DNA of 64,000 nt, from the IMG/VR virus record IMGVR_UViG_3300036828_000565, positions 7,383 through 71,382 of that record, one strand, 5' to 3'. The notes beneath the pieces are model-generated. The model had not been told where the DNA came from and searched no databases. It saw nothing but the letters and a program-made list of their open reading frames with translations. This DNA comes from a virus. The position numbers and the translations under genes are program-made. This document shows positions 29,756 to 38,104 of this stretch, piece by piece (within the stretch, counting starts at the first letter, position 1; every line of letters starts with the position of its first letter).

Positions 29756-30907
29756 ATGAAAAAATTTCTTAAATCTTTCATTCTATTATTCTGTAGCACG
29801 GCTTTAGCCCAAGCTACGAACCCGGTATACTCACCTGGTACTAGTTCATTTACTGGAAGCGTTACTGTGGGTATATCTAATTCTACGAGTGGTTCAGTAT
29901 TCTTTTGTACTACCGATGGATCAACTCCAGATATTTCTTCATCACAGATAGCCGGTAGTATTACTTTACATGCTACAACTACTTTAAAATGTATAGCGGC
30001 TGTAATTGGAATTAATCAAAAAAATGGTCAGAATCATGTACCTTCGGCTAATAATTATTGGAAGTATCCTCCTGTTTGTTATGGTACTGGCCCCTATACA
30101 ACAACAGGAGCAGGTTGTGCGGCTGATGATCCGGGTGGCACAGGTATACCTTTAGATTCTACTTATAATCTTACTTCTTCTCCTTCTTTATCTGGTCAAT
30201 CGATATTATTTGGAGAAACAAGTCAACCAAATCATCAAACTAATATTTTATTTGCGCTTAAGTCTTCTTTTGGTGGTTGTGATGGTTGTACTCAATTCTT
30301 AGAGACTCATGATTATTATTGGCCTACTAATAGTAACGCATCTGCTGATGAAGATGACATGTATAGTTTTGATGTTACAGACAATATACGTTTTATGGCA
30401 GGTGGTCAGTACTGTCACACGGGTTGTCCAGGTGGTACAGCTGGTTGGGATTATGGTGGAAATAGTAACGTTTCTTGGACTAATAGCGGTGTAACGGCTG
30501 GTGGTACTCGTGGAGTATGGCATCACTTTCAAAGATACATGTACACTATAGCTAGTGAAATTACTAGCAAACCATGTTCTTCTTCAGGTGCTTGGCCTTA
30601 TATCTATATTAAGTATCTAGCTATTGACGGAACAGCTTATAATAATAGTGGTCCTGGTTGGAAATTTTGTGCTAATGCTTTACCTGGTGGATGGGGAAGA
30701 TTAGCTGGTTATCAAGCTCAGATTGATATTGCTTCTCATACTACTTCTGTTGGTGGTAGTCAAAATTGGGACAATGTTACTTTCTTAGCAACTTACCCTC
30801 CTTCTTCTGTAATAACAGCTACTTATACTTTAGGTGGAGCAACACCAACTCCTCAAGATTCTTTTAGTGGAAAGGGTGGTCTTTCGGGTCACGTGATTGT
30901 AAATTAA
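29756..30907 (+). CDS. Secreted protein: chitobiase/Fn3-associated domain plus lectin/lyase-like beta-sandwich
   Basis: Signal MKKFLKSFILLFCSTALA; P.YSP...TTDGSTP...TTTLKCIA; Cys- and Trp-rich core. Confidence 0.65.
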   Translation: MKKFLKSFILLFCSTALAQATNPVYSPGTSSFTGSVTVGISNSTSGSVFFCTTDGSTPDISSSQIAGSITLHATTTLKCIAAVIGINQKNGQNHVPSANNYWKYPPVCYGTGPYTTTGAGCAADDPGGTGIPLDSTYNLTSSPSLSGQSILFGETSQPNHQTNILFALKSSFGGCDGCTQFLETHDYYWPTNSNASADEDDMYSFDVTDNIRFMAGGQYCHTGCPGGTAGWDYGGNSNVSWTNSGVTAGGTRGVWHHFQRYMYTIASEITSKPCSSSGAWPYIYIKYLAIDGTAYNNSGPGWKFCANALPGGWGRLAGYQAQIDIASHTTSVGGSQNWDNVTFLATYPPSSVITATYTLGGATPTPQDSFSGKGGLSGHVIVN

Positions 30908-30918
30908 GGAAGTTAAAG

Positions 30919-31560
30919 ATGCACAAAGGTTTGTTGTTCCTCCCTCTCTGTGCAGTATTCGTGGCGCATGCTCAGATTCATTCGATTGATTGGACTATCG
31001 GTGCCTCACATTCTCCGGTTTGTGTAAGCAGCGGTACTCAGCCCATGTTACCATGCGTTAAGAGTTATGTCATAACCGATCTAACGATCAACTCCGAGAC
31101 CTGTATGGTAGCTGCGCCAACGTTAACGTGTATACAGACTGGCGTGACGTGGACTGGTACACATAAGTTTTCGGCGGTTGCTGCTGGTCTTGATACACAT
31201 GGTAACGCGGCTAATTCATCGGCTACGCCTGCGGTGAGTATCTCAATCAATGTGCTAATAGTTAACACTGTCACCGGAATGGTAGCGACGCGAACTTCTA
31301 CCACGGTCACAGCTAAGTGGACAAGCGATGGCAACCCTAAGTTACCATTCTGCAATGGCGCGATATATCCGTGCGTGCACGGCATCATTGGCAAAGACCT
31401 AACAAATGGCACCCACGAAACACACGTTGCGCCAACAGCACTCAAGGTATCGTGGAAAGAGTCAAACACCAGAGGTCATCGCATCGGAGTGTCAGTTGCT
31501 GTTGCAACCACACCCACCAGTTATGTCTATAGTAAATGGGCGGTATATACGCTACAGTGA
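30919..31560 (+). CDS. Secreted Cys-containing protein with two Fn3/Ig-like repeats
   Basis: Signal peptide; internal repeat W....P.C.....PCV......DLT occurs twice. Confidence 0.6.
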   Translation: MHKGLLFLPLCAVFVAHAQIHSIDWTIGASHSPVCVSSGTQPMLPCVKSYVITDLTINSETCMVAAPTLTCIQTGVTWTGTHKFSAVAAGLDTHGNAANSSATPAVSISINVLIVNTVTGMVATRTSTTVTAKWTSDGNPKLPFCNGAIYPCVHGIIGKDLTNGTHETHVAPTALKVSWKESNTRGHRIGVSVAVATTPTSYVYSKWAVYTLQ

Positions 31561-31589
31561 CTGTAAATTAAGTTGCCATAATTCTTGAG

Positions 31590-31683
31590 AAAAGATGCAA
31601 AATTTCTATTGATATTTATATTGCCAAATGTTGCACAAATGTCCTGGAGATAACCCCGGCATTCACCAGAGATAACCTAGGGT
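31590..31683 (+). repeat. Dispersed intergenic element copy B
   Basis: AAAAGATGCAAA..TGCA-N32-TGCA, then CCTGGAGATAACCCCGGCATTCACCAGAGATAACCTAGG. Confidence 0.8.
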
Positions 31684-31695
31684 TATATGATTTTA

Positions 31696-31920
31696 TCATT
31701 TGGTACGTATATTTTTAACTTGATTCTTTATACAAGATGAAGTTATCATATCATGAATCTTTCTATAGTAATCAATTTCAGCCCACTTAATAGTGATTGG
31801 TGAAGTTGAGGGATGGTAGCCGGCAGGACATTGAGGTATTAGTCTTATTCCTTTGCATTCTGGCTTTGTATCACATTGGATCGTAATGACAGGTTGTGGT
31901 GGCGGTGGTAGTGCGTTCAT
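31696..31920 (-). CDS. Hypothetical small Cys-containing protein
   Basis: 74-aa ORF with AGGA upstream; inverted relative to its neighbours. Confidence 0.45.
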   Translation of the reverse strand: MNALPPPPQPVITIQCDTKPECKGIRLIPQCPAGYHPSTSPITIKWAEIDYYRKIHDMITSSCIKNQVKNIRTK

Positions 31921-31948
31921 AAAATTATCCTAGTTAAGTGGGTGTAAG

Positions 31949-32440
31949 ATGTTGCCATTCGATACTGACCGAATACTATTAAAGATTCTTCAAGTTTCCC
32001 AGATAAATATGCGTCTGCAGATTGTGCAGGTAGCAGAAATTCGCGTTACTAATTGTCTTCTTCGTCGGCTCTTGAAAGAGATAGAGCCTCAACCCGTCAC
32101 CGGATTCAAATTCGAGGATATTACTATGCTGCCTTTTGCCCCAGGATCTTCGCCTATCATCACCATCACTCCACAGCCTCTCGGTGTTCTACTGACCCAG
32201 GGGGCACCTACTACTGTCAGTTCTGACCCGGTGAATTATCCAGTTTCGGTTGACTCTACCGGTTTGATTGCTACTATTGACATCCCGACCACGGCAACAG
32301 TGGGTGCACCAGCAGCTACTCTAACCACTAGCTATACCAATGAGGATGGAAAGGTAGCAACATCAACATCGCAGCCTTTTGGACCTATTGTGGCAGCAGT
32401 TACAGATGTAACTGGATTCACTTTTGAGCAGACTACATAA
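31949..32440 (+). CDS. Hypothetical Ig-like protein
   Basis: Thr/Pro-rich beta protein; VTGF.FE at both ends; alternative start at MLPFAPG after GAGGA. Confidence 0.55.
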   Translation: MLPFDTDRILLKILQVSQINMRLQIVQVAEIRVTNCLLRRLLKEIEPQPVTGFKFEDITMLPFAPGSSPIITITPQPLGVLLTQGAPTTVSSDPVNYPVSVDSTGLIATIDIPTTATVGAPAATLTTSYTNEDGKVATSTSQPFGPIVAAVTDVTGFTFEQTT

Positions 32441-32449
32441 ATAAGATAT

Positions 32450-32473
32450 GGGCCAACTTAAATAAGTTGGCCC
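32450..32473. terminator. Hairpin at the convergence of the two arms (likely bidirectional terminator)
   Basis: GGGCCAACTTA-aa-TAAGTTGGCCC inverted repeat between convergent stop codons. Confidence 0.7.
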
Positions 32474-32479
32474 TAAAGT

Positions 32480-32773
32480 TTATCTGATATCATAAGTCAA
32501 TTCACAGTTATGATAGACCACTTTGGTCTTTGGCCTTTCTGGATCAGGGTCTATTATAGTTGTATCATGCTTAGCGTCACAAACAGCCGTGACATTTCCT
32601 TTGGAACTATGATCAATATCTAACTTTATCTTGCCTGAGCTAAGTTTAGTTACTTTGGGTTTTTGTCGATCGTTTGCATTAGCACTGTTAAGTTGAGCAA
32701 ACGCTCTTGATACTGGTCTACCGTATTGAGCAACCCACATTATCAAGGCTATGAATCCAATAAATTTAAGCAT
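32480..32773 (-). CDS. Hypothetical protein with N-terminal hydrophobic segment
   Basis: MLKFIGFIALIMWVAQY; GGAG RBS. Confidence 0.6.
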   Translation of the reverse strand: MLKFIGFIALIMWVAQYGRPVSRAFAQLNSANANDRQKPKVTKLSSGKIKLDIDHSSKGNVTAVCDAKHDTTIIDPDPERPKTKVVYHNCELTYDIR

Positions 32774-33197
32774 AAATTTTCTCCAATCTAGTTAGTTCAT
32801 TAGGCCTGGACAATATTCCTTTGATATCTGGAGGGATATAGTCCGGGCCTTTTGGTGTCTTTGTACCGTATTTCTGACCATCAACTGCTTTAACAGCTGT
32901 TTTGCTCATGTTGCTTCTGTGAACTTCAATAAAGATACGTTCTATAGGAATACCATAAGAAACACAAGTACCTATAACAACATAAATAAGATCAGCTGCA
33001 CCATCTGCAATTTCTTCTAAACTTCCTTCTTCTATCCCTTTAAGCATCTCTGCGCACTCTTCTAGTATTAATTCACTTCTTAATAGTTTAATAGAATCAG
33101 GAGGAATGCTAGGATAGTTAGAAATCATGTGACCGTATTTTTCATGAAAGTCTTTTAACATCTGTTCAAAGTTCAAAGATAATGTTTTCGTGTTCAC
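32766..33197 (-). CDS. MazG-like/PRA-PH nucleotide pyrophosphohydrolase (candidate dCTPase/dUTPase)
   Basis: LILEECAE, EIADGAADLIYV, EVHRSNMSK, KGPDY.PPD motifs. Confidence 0.85.
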   Translation of the reverse strand: MNTKTLSLNFEQMLKDFHEKYGHMISNYPSIPPDSIKLLRSELILEECAEMLKGIEEGSLEEIADGAADLIYVVIGTCVSYGIPIERIFIEVHRSNMSKTAVKAVDGQKYGTKTPKGPDYIPPDIKGILSRPNELTRLEKIYA

Positions 33198-33621
33198 TTC
33201 TACTCCTTTCCATAAGATGTCTAATTGATTCTACGCCGTGTCCTTTAGAGAAATAAGGACCTTTAAATAAAGGTATAGAATCCTTATCTTTATCTACTCT
33301 AAATGTTGAGAGTTGTGTGGTACTTAAAACAGCAGTCATCTTAATATCTGGATAGTAAATAACATATAGAACTAAAGCGTATCTTGATATTCGTTTACAG
33401 ACTTCATATTGACGAATATCGTTTATAGCTTCCCAGGGAAAACAACATGTTTCATCTGCCCCAGTCCCTATTTTGGTTTCATAGAATGTTACAAAACTAT
33501 GTTTAATGTGCATGTTATCTGGAAGACCTAACATTACTTTATCGCTAATCTTAATGATCTTCCCACCAATTTCTTTTCTAAGCTTTGAAGCAAGTAACCC
33601 ACTGAATGTTGATTCTTTCAT
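33166..33621 (-). CDS. PD-(D/E)XK nuclease (resolvase/VRR-NUC-like)
   Basis: MKES.F, GLPD, FYETK and Q motifs. Confidence 0.65.
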   Translation of the reverse strand: MKESTFSGLLASKLRKEIGGKIIKISDKVMLGLPDNMHIKHSFVTFYETKIGTGADETCCFPWEAINDIRQYEVCKRISRYALVLYVIYYPDIKMTAVLSTTQLSTFRVDKDKDSIPLFKGPYFSKGHGVESIRHLMERSRSEHENIIFEL

Positions 33622-34625
33622 TCAATCAACCTTTCTATGGTAGATATCACTTCTTCCTTGCTAGAGAGATGACTCTCCAGCCATTCTCTTTGAGCTACGA
33701 CTCTCTCCTCATATTCTTGAGGCCCCGCCAGAGATTCGAAATCACTAGAACTACCTCTATATGCTTCACCCATTAAGGAGGCGTCTCTAAAATCTGAATA
33801 GATTATCGTTTCAGCCCACGCTGCATTTAGGTACCTTGTTCTCCACCACCCCGACCCAGCTGAAGGATATCCACAAGATAGGATACCAAAACTATCTGCG
33901 AATAATTGAATAGTTTGAGACTCATTTAGAACAAAACCATCACCCATTCTTTTATTTCCAACATAGGAAACAGGAAACTCAAATCCTTGTTTGTTGACCC
34001 ATCTAGAGTGATCAGAGAGGGCTGCCATGATCCACCGTTTTTTCTTATTGTAAAATGTTGGAATGTCGATAGTTGGATACTTGACCCAACTTGATGGATC
34101 AACAGTATATAGGGTGGCATTATAGTTTTCTCTCATTAAAAATTCATGATCTCCCCAAGAAAACATTGGGGCTAATACAGGAGCATTGTTTCCGGCTAGT
34201 GCTATAGACACCATTAAGGAAAGACTGTTATAAGTACTTTCTATAGCTTCTGGACTACATTTAAAGTTCCTATAATCGAGATACTTTTCCCATCTTTCAA
34301 GAGTGTATCTTACCGAAGGACCGAAGTTACAGAAACTCCAGTCGTCAGCAAAAACAGCAAATTTTCCTTGCATTTGATCCATAGCATAATGAGTCTCTGG
34401 CACTAAACCCGCTGATATCGAACTTAAAGGAGCAACTCCTAGGAATGCGTATCTGTATTTCCAGGTTAAATCTTCTCCTATTATTACTTTCCTTCTTTCT
34501 ACATCATATCCCATATCTTTTAAGATATCCTCTAGAACATAGGCGAACGTCACGTAGTCACCTTGAATCCTAGTACTACCTGATGTTCGAGTGGTATAGC
34601 CAGATATTAAGATCTTATGCTTCAT
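33618..34625 (-). CDS. Putative DNA glycosyltransferase (GT-B-like fold)
   Basis: N-terminal KILISG and MGYDV; C-terminal FADSFGILSCGY.SAGSGWWRTRY..AA....IIYSD resembling a GT-B nucleotide-sugar-binding region; located in the modification cluster. Confidence 0.55.
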   Translation of the reverse strand: MKHKILISGYTTRTSGSTRIQGDYVTFAYVLEDILKDMGYDVERRKVIIGEDLTWKYRYAFLGVAPLSSISAGLVPETHYAMDQMQGKFAVFADDWSFCNFGPSVRYTLERWEKYLDYRNFKCSPEAIESTYNSLSLMVSIALAGNNAPVLAPMFSWGDHEFLMRENYNATLYTVDPSSWVKYPTIDIPTFYNKKKRWIMAALSDHSRWVNKQGFEFPVSYVGNKRMGDGFVLNESQTIQLFADSFGILSCGYPSAGSGWWRTRYLNAAWAETIIYSDFRDASLMGEAYRGSSSDFESLAGPQEYEERVVAQREWLESHLSSKEEVISTIERLIE

Positions 34626-34941
34626 TATCCTTTAGATCTCCCCATCTTATACAATTACCAACAGCTTCTTCACATTCTTTTCTATTTTTAAGTAACTTAT
34701 CTAAGAATTTAGGATCAACTTTCAAATCTATAACACCTCCAAAAGCTTCTCCACCTGGGTTAATTCCAAGTTCATGAGTCTTCATCACAGCAGATAAGAA
34801 CCCAGGAGCTTTCGTTATTACGGCTCCAAGAAATCTATTAGGTTCAGCAAATGATATATAGAAAAGTTGCTCAGGGTTATTTCTTTCTTCTTCTAACATA
34901 GCTACGAATCTAATTGCAGAATCAACGGTTATTTCATTCAT
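34615..34941 (-). CDS. Hypothetical protein
   Basis: ATGA overlap with the polymerase stop; FYISFA..FLGAV...GINPGGE. Confidence 0.65.
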   Translation of the reverse strand: MNEITVDSAIRFVAMLEEERNNPEQLFYISFAEPNRFLGAVITKAPGFLSAVMKTHELGINPGGEAFGGVIDLKVDPKFLDKLLKNRKECEEAVGNCIRWGDLKDNEA

Positions 34942-36836
34942 TCTGTACACCTCCTCCAATTTTCCCCTACTTTTATCTTCCAAAGAAGTGGTACACGGCA
35001 TGGAATACGTGAGTCAGGAGCCTCCAATAACTCTTTGAAATTTTTGGCTTTGGCCCTGTTCTCGATATCGCCATCGATCTCATCGTGTACAGTTGCACGA
35101 AGGTCCATTGTAAGTAACTTTCGGTTGCGATAAGTTTCGAGAATTTTGACCTTAAGAGTTTCGGCTGCGGTTCCTTGGATAATTGCGTTAAGAGCTGAGT
35201 GTAATCTTTCGCCGGTGGGATACCTTCGGCGTCGACCCATGATTGTATGGACATAGCCACGATTCTTTGCAACTCGCATTGCCTCTTGAGATAGACTCTT
35301 AGCTTCTGGAAATTTCTCATCATATTCTCTTGATATTGCAAAAGCCTTTTGCATCATGCAAGTTTTCTTATGATTTGCTTTGCACCACTGATCTCCTGGT
35401 GGAACCCCACAATTACATGGACAACCAAGTTTACGAGCTAATTTAGGAATTCCCATCGTATAGAGTTTTCCAAAGTTATTGTGCTTAGCATCTTTTCGTT
35501 TTTGACCAAGCAAATTAGCCACCAGTTGATGGAAATCCATTGTTGGGTCGGAACAGTAAGCAGAAATGAGTTTGTCTGATCTTGAATAATGGACGAACCA
35601 ACGGAATTCGATCTGGGAAGCATCAGCTGAGACGTAGAGCTTTCCGTCAGCAGGGATGAAGAGTTCTCGTAAAATCCAAGCAGCAATCTCATATTCCTCT
35701 AATTGAGATTCAACTTTCATGACTTGTTGAATGTTAATGCCCTTCTTATCTATTCCTCCAGAAGAAGCATATCGTCCGGTAACTGTTCCAAATTCATCAC
35801 TTCTTAATTGATGAAGTTGATAACGTAAGATGTTGTTGGCATCTAATAGATTACGATACTTTATAAGATACTTAGTTAGTAGTGAGTGAAGTTTTCGAGC
35901 CAACAAAATTGCTCTTACGCATGGGTGTTGTATTCTTCTTAGATACTCTTCTTCAAAGGTAACTTCACCGCCTAATTCTTCTTCTCTTCGTGGATATTCT
36001 AATCCAAGAGCATTAAATAATCGTCTAAGATCTGGACCGGAGTTAGGATTAACTTTAACTCCGGTCTGAGCATATAAAGAAAGAATCGCAGATTGATGTG
36101 CTTCTTCAACTTCTCTAATCCATAATTCTAATTTAGATCTATCTATTCTAGCGCCTGCTCGTTCCATAGCTACTGTTGAATAAATTAATTGGTCTTCAAG
36201 CTCGCAAACTGCAGTAAGTCCTTGATTGTCAATTTCTTCTTGTTGAAAAATGTCGAGTTCACGATGTAAGAAAGCGTCATGTTCCGCATAGGTCCCGACT
36301 TCACTAGCAGCCATGTCGGCAATGTTGTACTTTTCGCCTTCTGTTTCTTCTTTACTGATCCCCAATACATCGTTCGATAATTGATTGAGATTGAAGCGTC
36401 TACGATTTTCATCAAGTAAAGCCGCTTTGAAAGCAGGATCATGTACTTTAACATCGAGTTCTTCGAGATCCAATTCCCAGTTATAACAAACTTGAATATC
36501 ACCTTTTGCGTTGAGAATGCAGAGATGTCTACCTCTAAGGTTTCCTTTAGCCCAACGCCGTACGGTGTTTTCGTCAAGATTTCCTCCAGCTCGGTGACCG
36601 ACAGGCAGATAGTATCTTCTACCAAGGGGATCGCAAATCGCAATTCCAGCAAGTCTAGAGCGATAGATGTTTTTATTGGGGAGTTCAAATTCTGTATCAA
36701 AACCAAATTTCTCCTTTAAAGGAATTTGAGAAAAATCGGGTAGCTCGGCTGGAGCTACCCAACCAGTAGGTGCATGGTTTCCACTAAATAAAGATCCCAC
36801 CATTTCGGGTTGTGGATATCTTTTAGTCGGGCACAT
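34938..36836 (-). CDS. polA: Family A DNA polymerase with 3'-5' exonuclease domain
   Basis: Exo FDTE, NAKGD, YAEHDA; TGRYAS; motif A DASQIEFR, motif B RKDAKHNNFGKLY, motif C TVHDEI. Confidence 0.95.
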   Translation of the reverse strand: MCPTKRYPQPEMVGSLFSGNHAPTGWVAPAELPDFSQIPLKEKFGFDTEFELPNKNIYRSRLAGIAICDPLGRRYYLPVGHRAGGNLDENTVRRWAKGNLRGRHLCILNAKGDIQVCYNWELDLEELDVKVHDPAFKAALLDENRRRFNLNQLSNDVLGISKEETEGEKYNIADMAASEVGTYAEHDAFLHRELDIFQQEEIDNQGLTAVCELEDQLIYSTVAMERAGARIDRSKLELWIREVEEAHQSAILSLYAQTGVKVNPNSGPDLRRLFNALGLEYPRREEELGGEVTFEEEYLRRIQHPCVRAILLARKLHSLLTKYLIKYRNLLDANNILRYQLHQLRSDEFGTVTGRYASSGGIDKKGINIQQVMKVESQLEEYEIAAWILRELFIPADGKLYVSADASQIEFRWFVHYSRSDKLISAYCSDPTMDFHQLVANLLGQKRKDAKHNNFGKLYTMGIPKLARKLGCPCNCGVPPGDQWCKANHKKTCMMQKAFAISREYDEKFPEAKSLSQEAMRVAKNRGYVHTIMGRRRRYPTGERLHSALNAIIQGTAAETLKVKILETYRNRKLLTMDLRATVHDEIDGDIENRAKAKNFKELLEAPDSRIPCRVPLLWKIKVGENWRRCTE

Positions 36837-37278
36837 ATATCCTTCCAGCTATCTGTACTGCACACCCTGCTTCTAATAGAACAGTTAACCCAGACTTATC
36901 TGCATATTCTTCAATACATATAATAGCACCAATGTTTGTATTAACAATCATCTTAGCGCAAACAAAACAAGGAGTACAAGATGCGTACATAACACTAGCC
37001 CTACTAAGATCACTACACTGTAAAAGAGCGTTTTGTTCAGCGTGGACTGCCATACACTGTGATGTATCCCCTGATTTATCAGTAGCCCCCAAACAAGGAA
37101 CATCGATGCAATGATCAAAATTCTTGGGTACTCCGTTGTAACCAGTACTAAGAACATGTCCCTCCTTATCTGTTATAATAGCTCCAACTTTTCGTCTAAT
37201 ACATGTACTGCGGTTTGCTACTAATTTAAGCATCTCTAAATAATACTCAACTTTTGTTAATCTTGTTTGGGAGTTCAA
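36823..37278 (-). CDS. dCMP deaminase
   Basis: RSTC.RRKVGA, TGYNG, HAEQNA, PCFVC zinc motifs. Confidence 0.92.
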   Translation of the reverse strand: MNSQTRLTKVEYYLEMLKLVANRSTCIRRKVGAIITDKEGHVLSTGYNGVPKNFDHCIDVPCLGATDKSGDTSQCMAVHAEQNALLQCSDLSRASVMYASCTPCFVCAKMIVNTNIGAIICIEEYADKSGLTVLLEAGCAVQIAGRIYVPD

Positions 37279-38104
37279 GTAGTACCTCCAAGGCAGAATG
37301 TTTATCTTGTTCTAAAGCCGTAGCGTAACTTTTCCATGGTTCTTGTAAAGAGGCTGTTGGTTCTTTTCTTAATAGTATATTAGACATAACATGTTTTCCT
37401 GGAAATATGTTAGTTATTGTAGGAGAATAATGATAGTTAGCATCTTCAGACATTAATAGTGCCATAGCATTTTGAATGTTTATTTCATATAAGTGACTAG
37501 AAGCAAGGTTCATAGTAATTGAACCTACAGGTAAATTTAAATAAGAAGCTACTACATTAGTGTATTGAGTAAAAGTAAAGAAATCATATGGAAATCCTAA
37601 CCATACATCTGAACTTCTCATATTAACAGTAACATGTAATGCTCCTTCTCTAATAAGCCATTGAAGAGAAATAGTACAAGGTACATCTAATGAAGTAGAA
37701 GGTGAAGGAGTCCAAATAGTTGCTACAGCCTGTCTAGAATCCTGTTTTCTTAAAGATTCTAATATATAAAAAAGTTGAGGTCTTAAACGAGGACCATAAG
37801 CTCCTGATAGTATCTGCCCATCATCACTAAAATCTTTCATCACGGAATTGTATCTAATCAAATAAGAGAGCTCATTTAATCCAGCTTGAATCCAAAGCCA
37901 TTCTGCTATCATGAATCTATAATTTAAATCTCTGCTTGGACTAAGAATGATATTGTTAAGAGCCTTTTTAACTTCTACTGAAACGTTCATTATTTCTATA
38001 GTTCTTTTTCCTCTAGGAGAACTACTTACACCAATTTGAAATAAAGATGTAATTAATGCTCTCCATGCGTGTGAAACGCTTCCTTCTTTAATTAGTAGAG
38101 CCAT
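37247..38104 (-). CDS. Thymidylate-synthase-family enzyme, probably a dCMP C5-modifying enzyme (hydroxymethylase-like)
   Basis: AEWLW, GAYGPR, DSRQA, catalytic PCT, MRSSDVWLGFPYD with Asp at the E. coli ThyA Asn177 position, SSHLY. Confidence 0.85.
   Translation of the reverse strand: MALLIKEGSVSHAWRALITSLFQIGVSSSPRGKRTIEIMNVSVEVKKALNNIILSPSRDLNYRFMIAEWLWIQAGLNELSYLIRYNSVMKDFSDDGQILSGAYGPRLRPQLFYILESLRKQDSRQAVATIWTPSPSTSLDVPCTISLQWLIREGALHVTVNMRSSDVWLGFPYDFFTFTQYTNVVASYLNLPVGSITMNLASSHLYEINIQNAMALLMSEDANYHYSPTITNIFPGKHVMSNILLRKEPTASLQEPWKSYATALEQDKHSALEVLLELPNKINKS

Noticed and set aside
31590-31640. sigma54 promoter reading of TTGC in the dispersed elements
   Set aside because: No conserved GG at the -24 position across copies.
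31696-32773. Lysis cassette at the end of the late arm
   Set aside because: No endolysin, holin or spanin motifs recognised; these genes may lie outside the window.
37247-38104. Plain thyA annotation
   Set aside because: Asp replaces the dUMP-specifying Asn, and ThyX is present.
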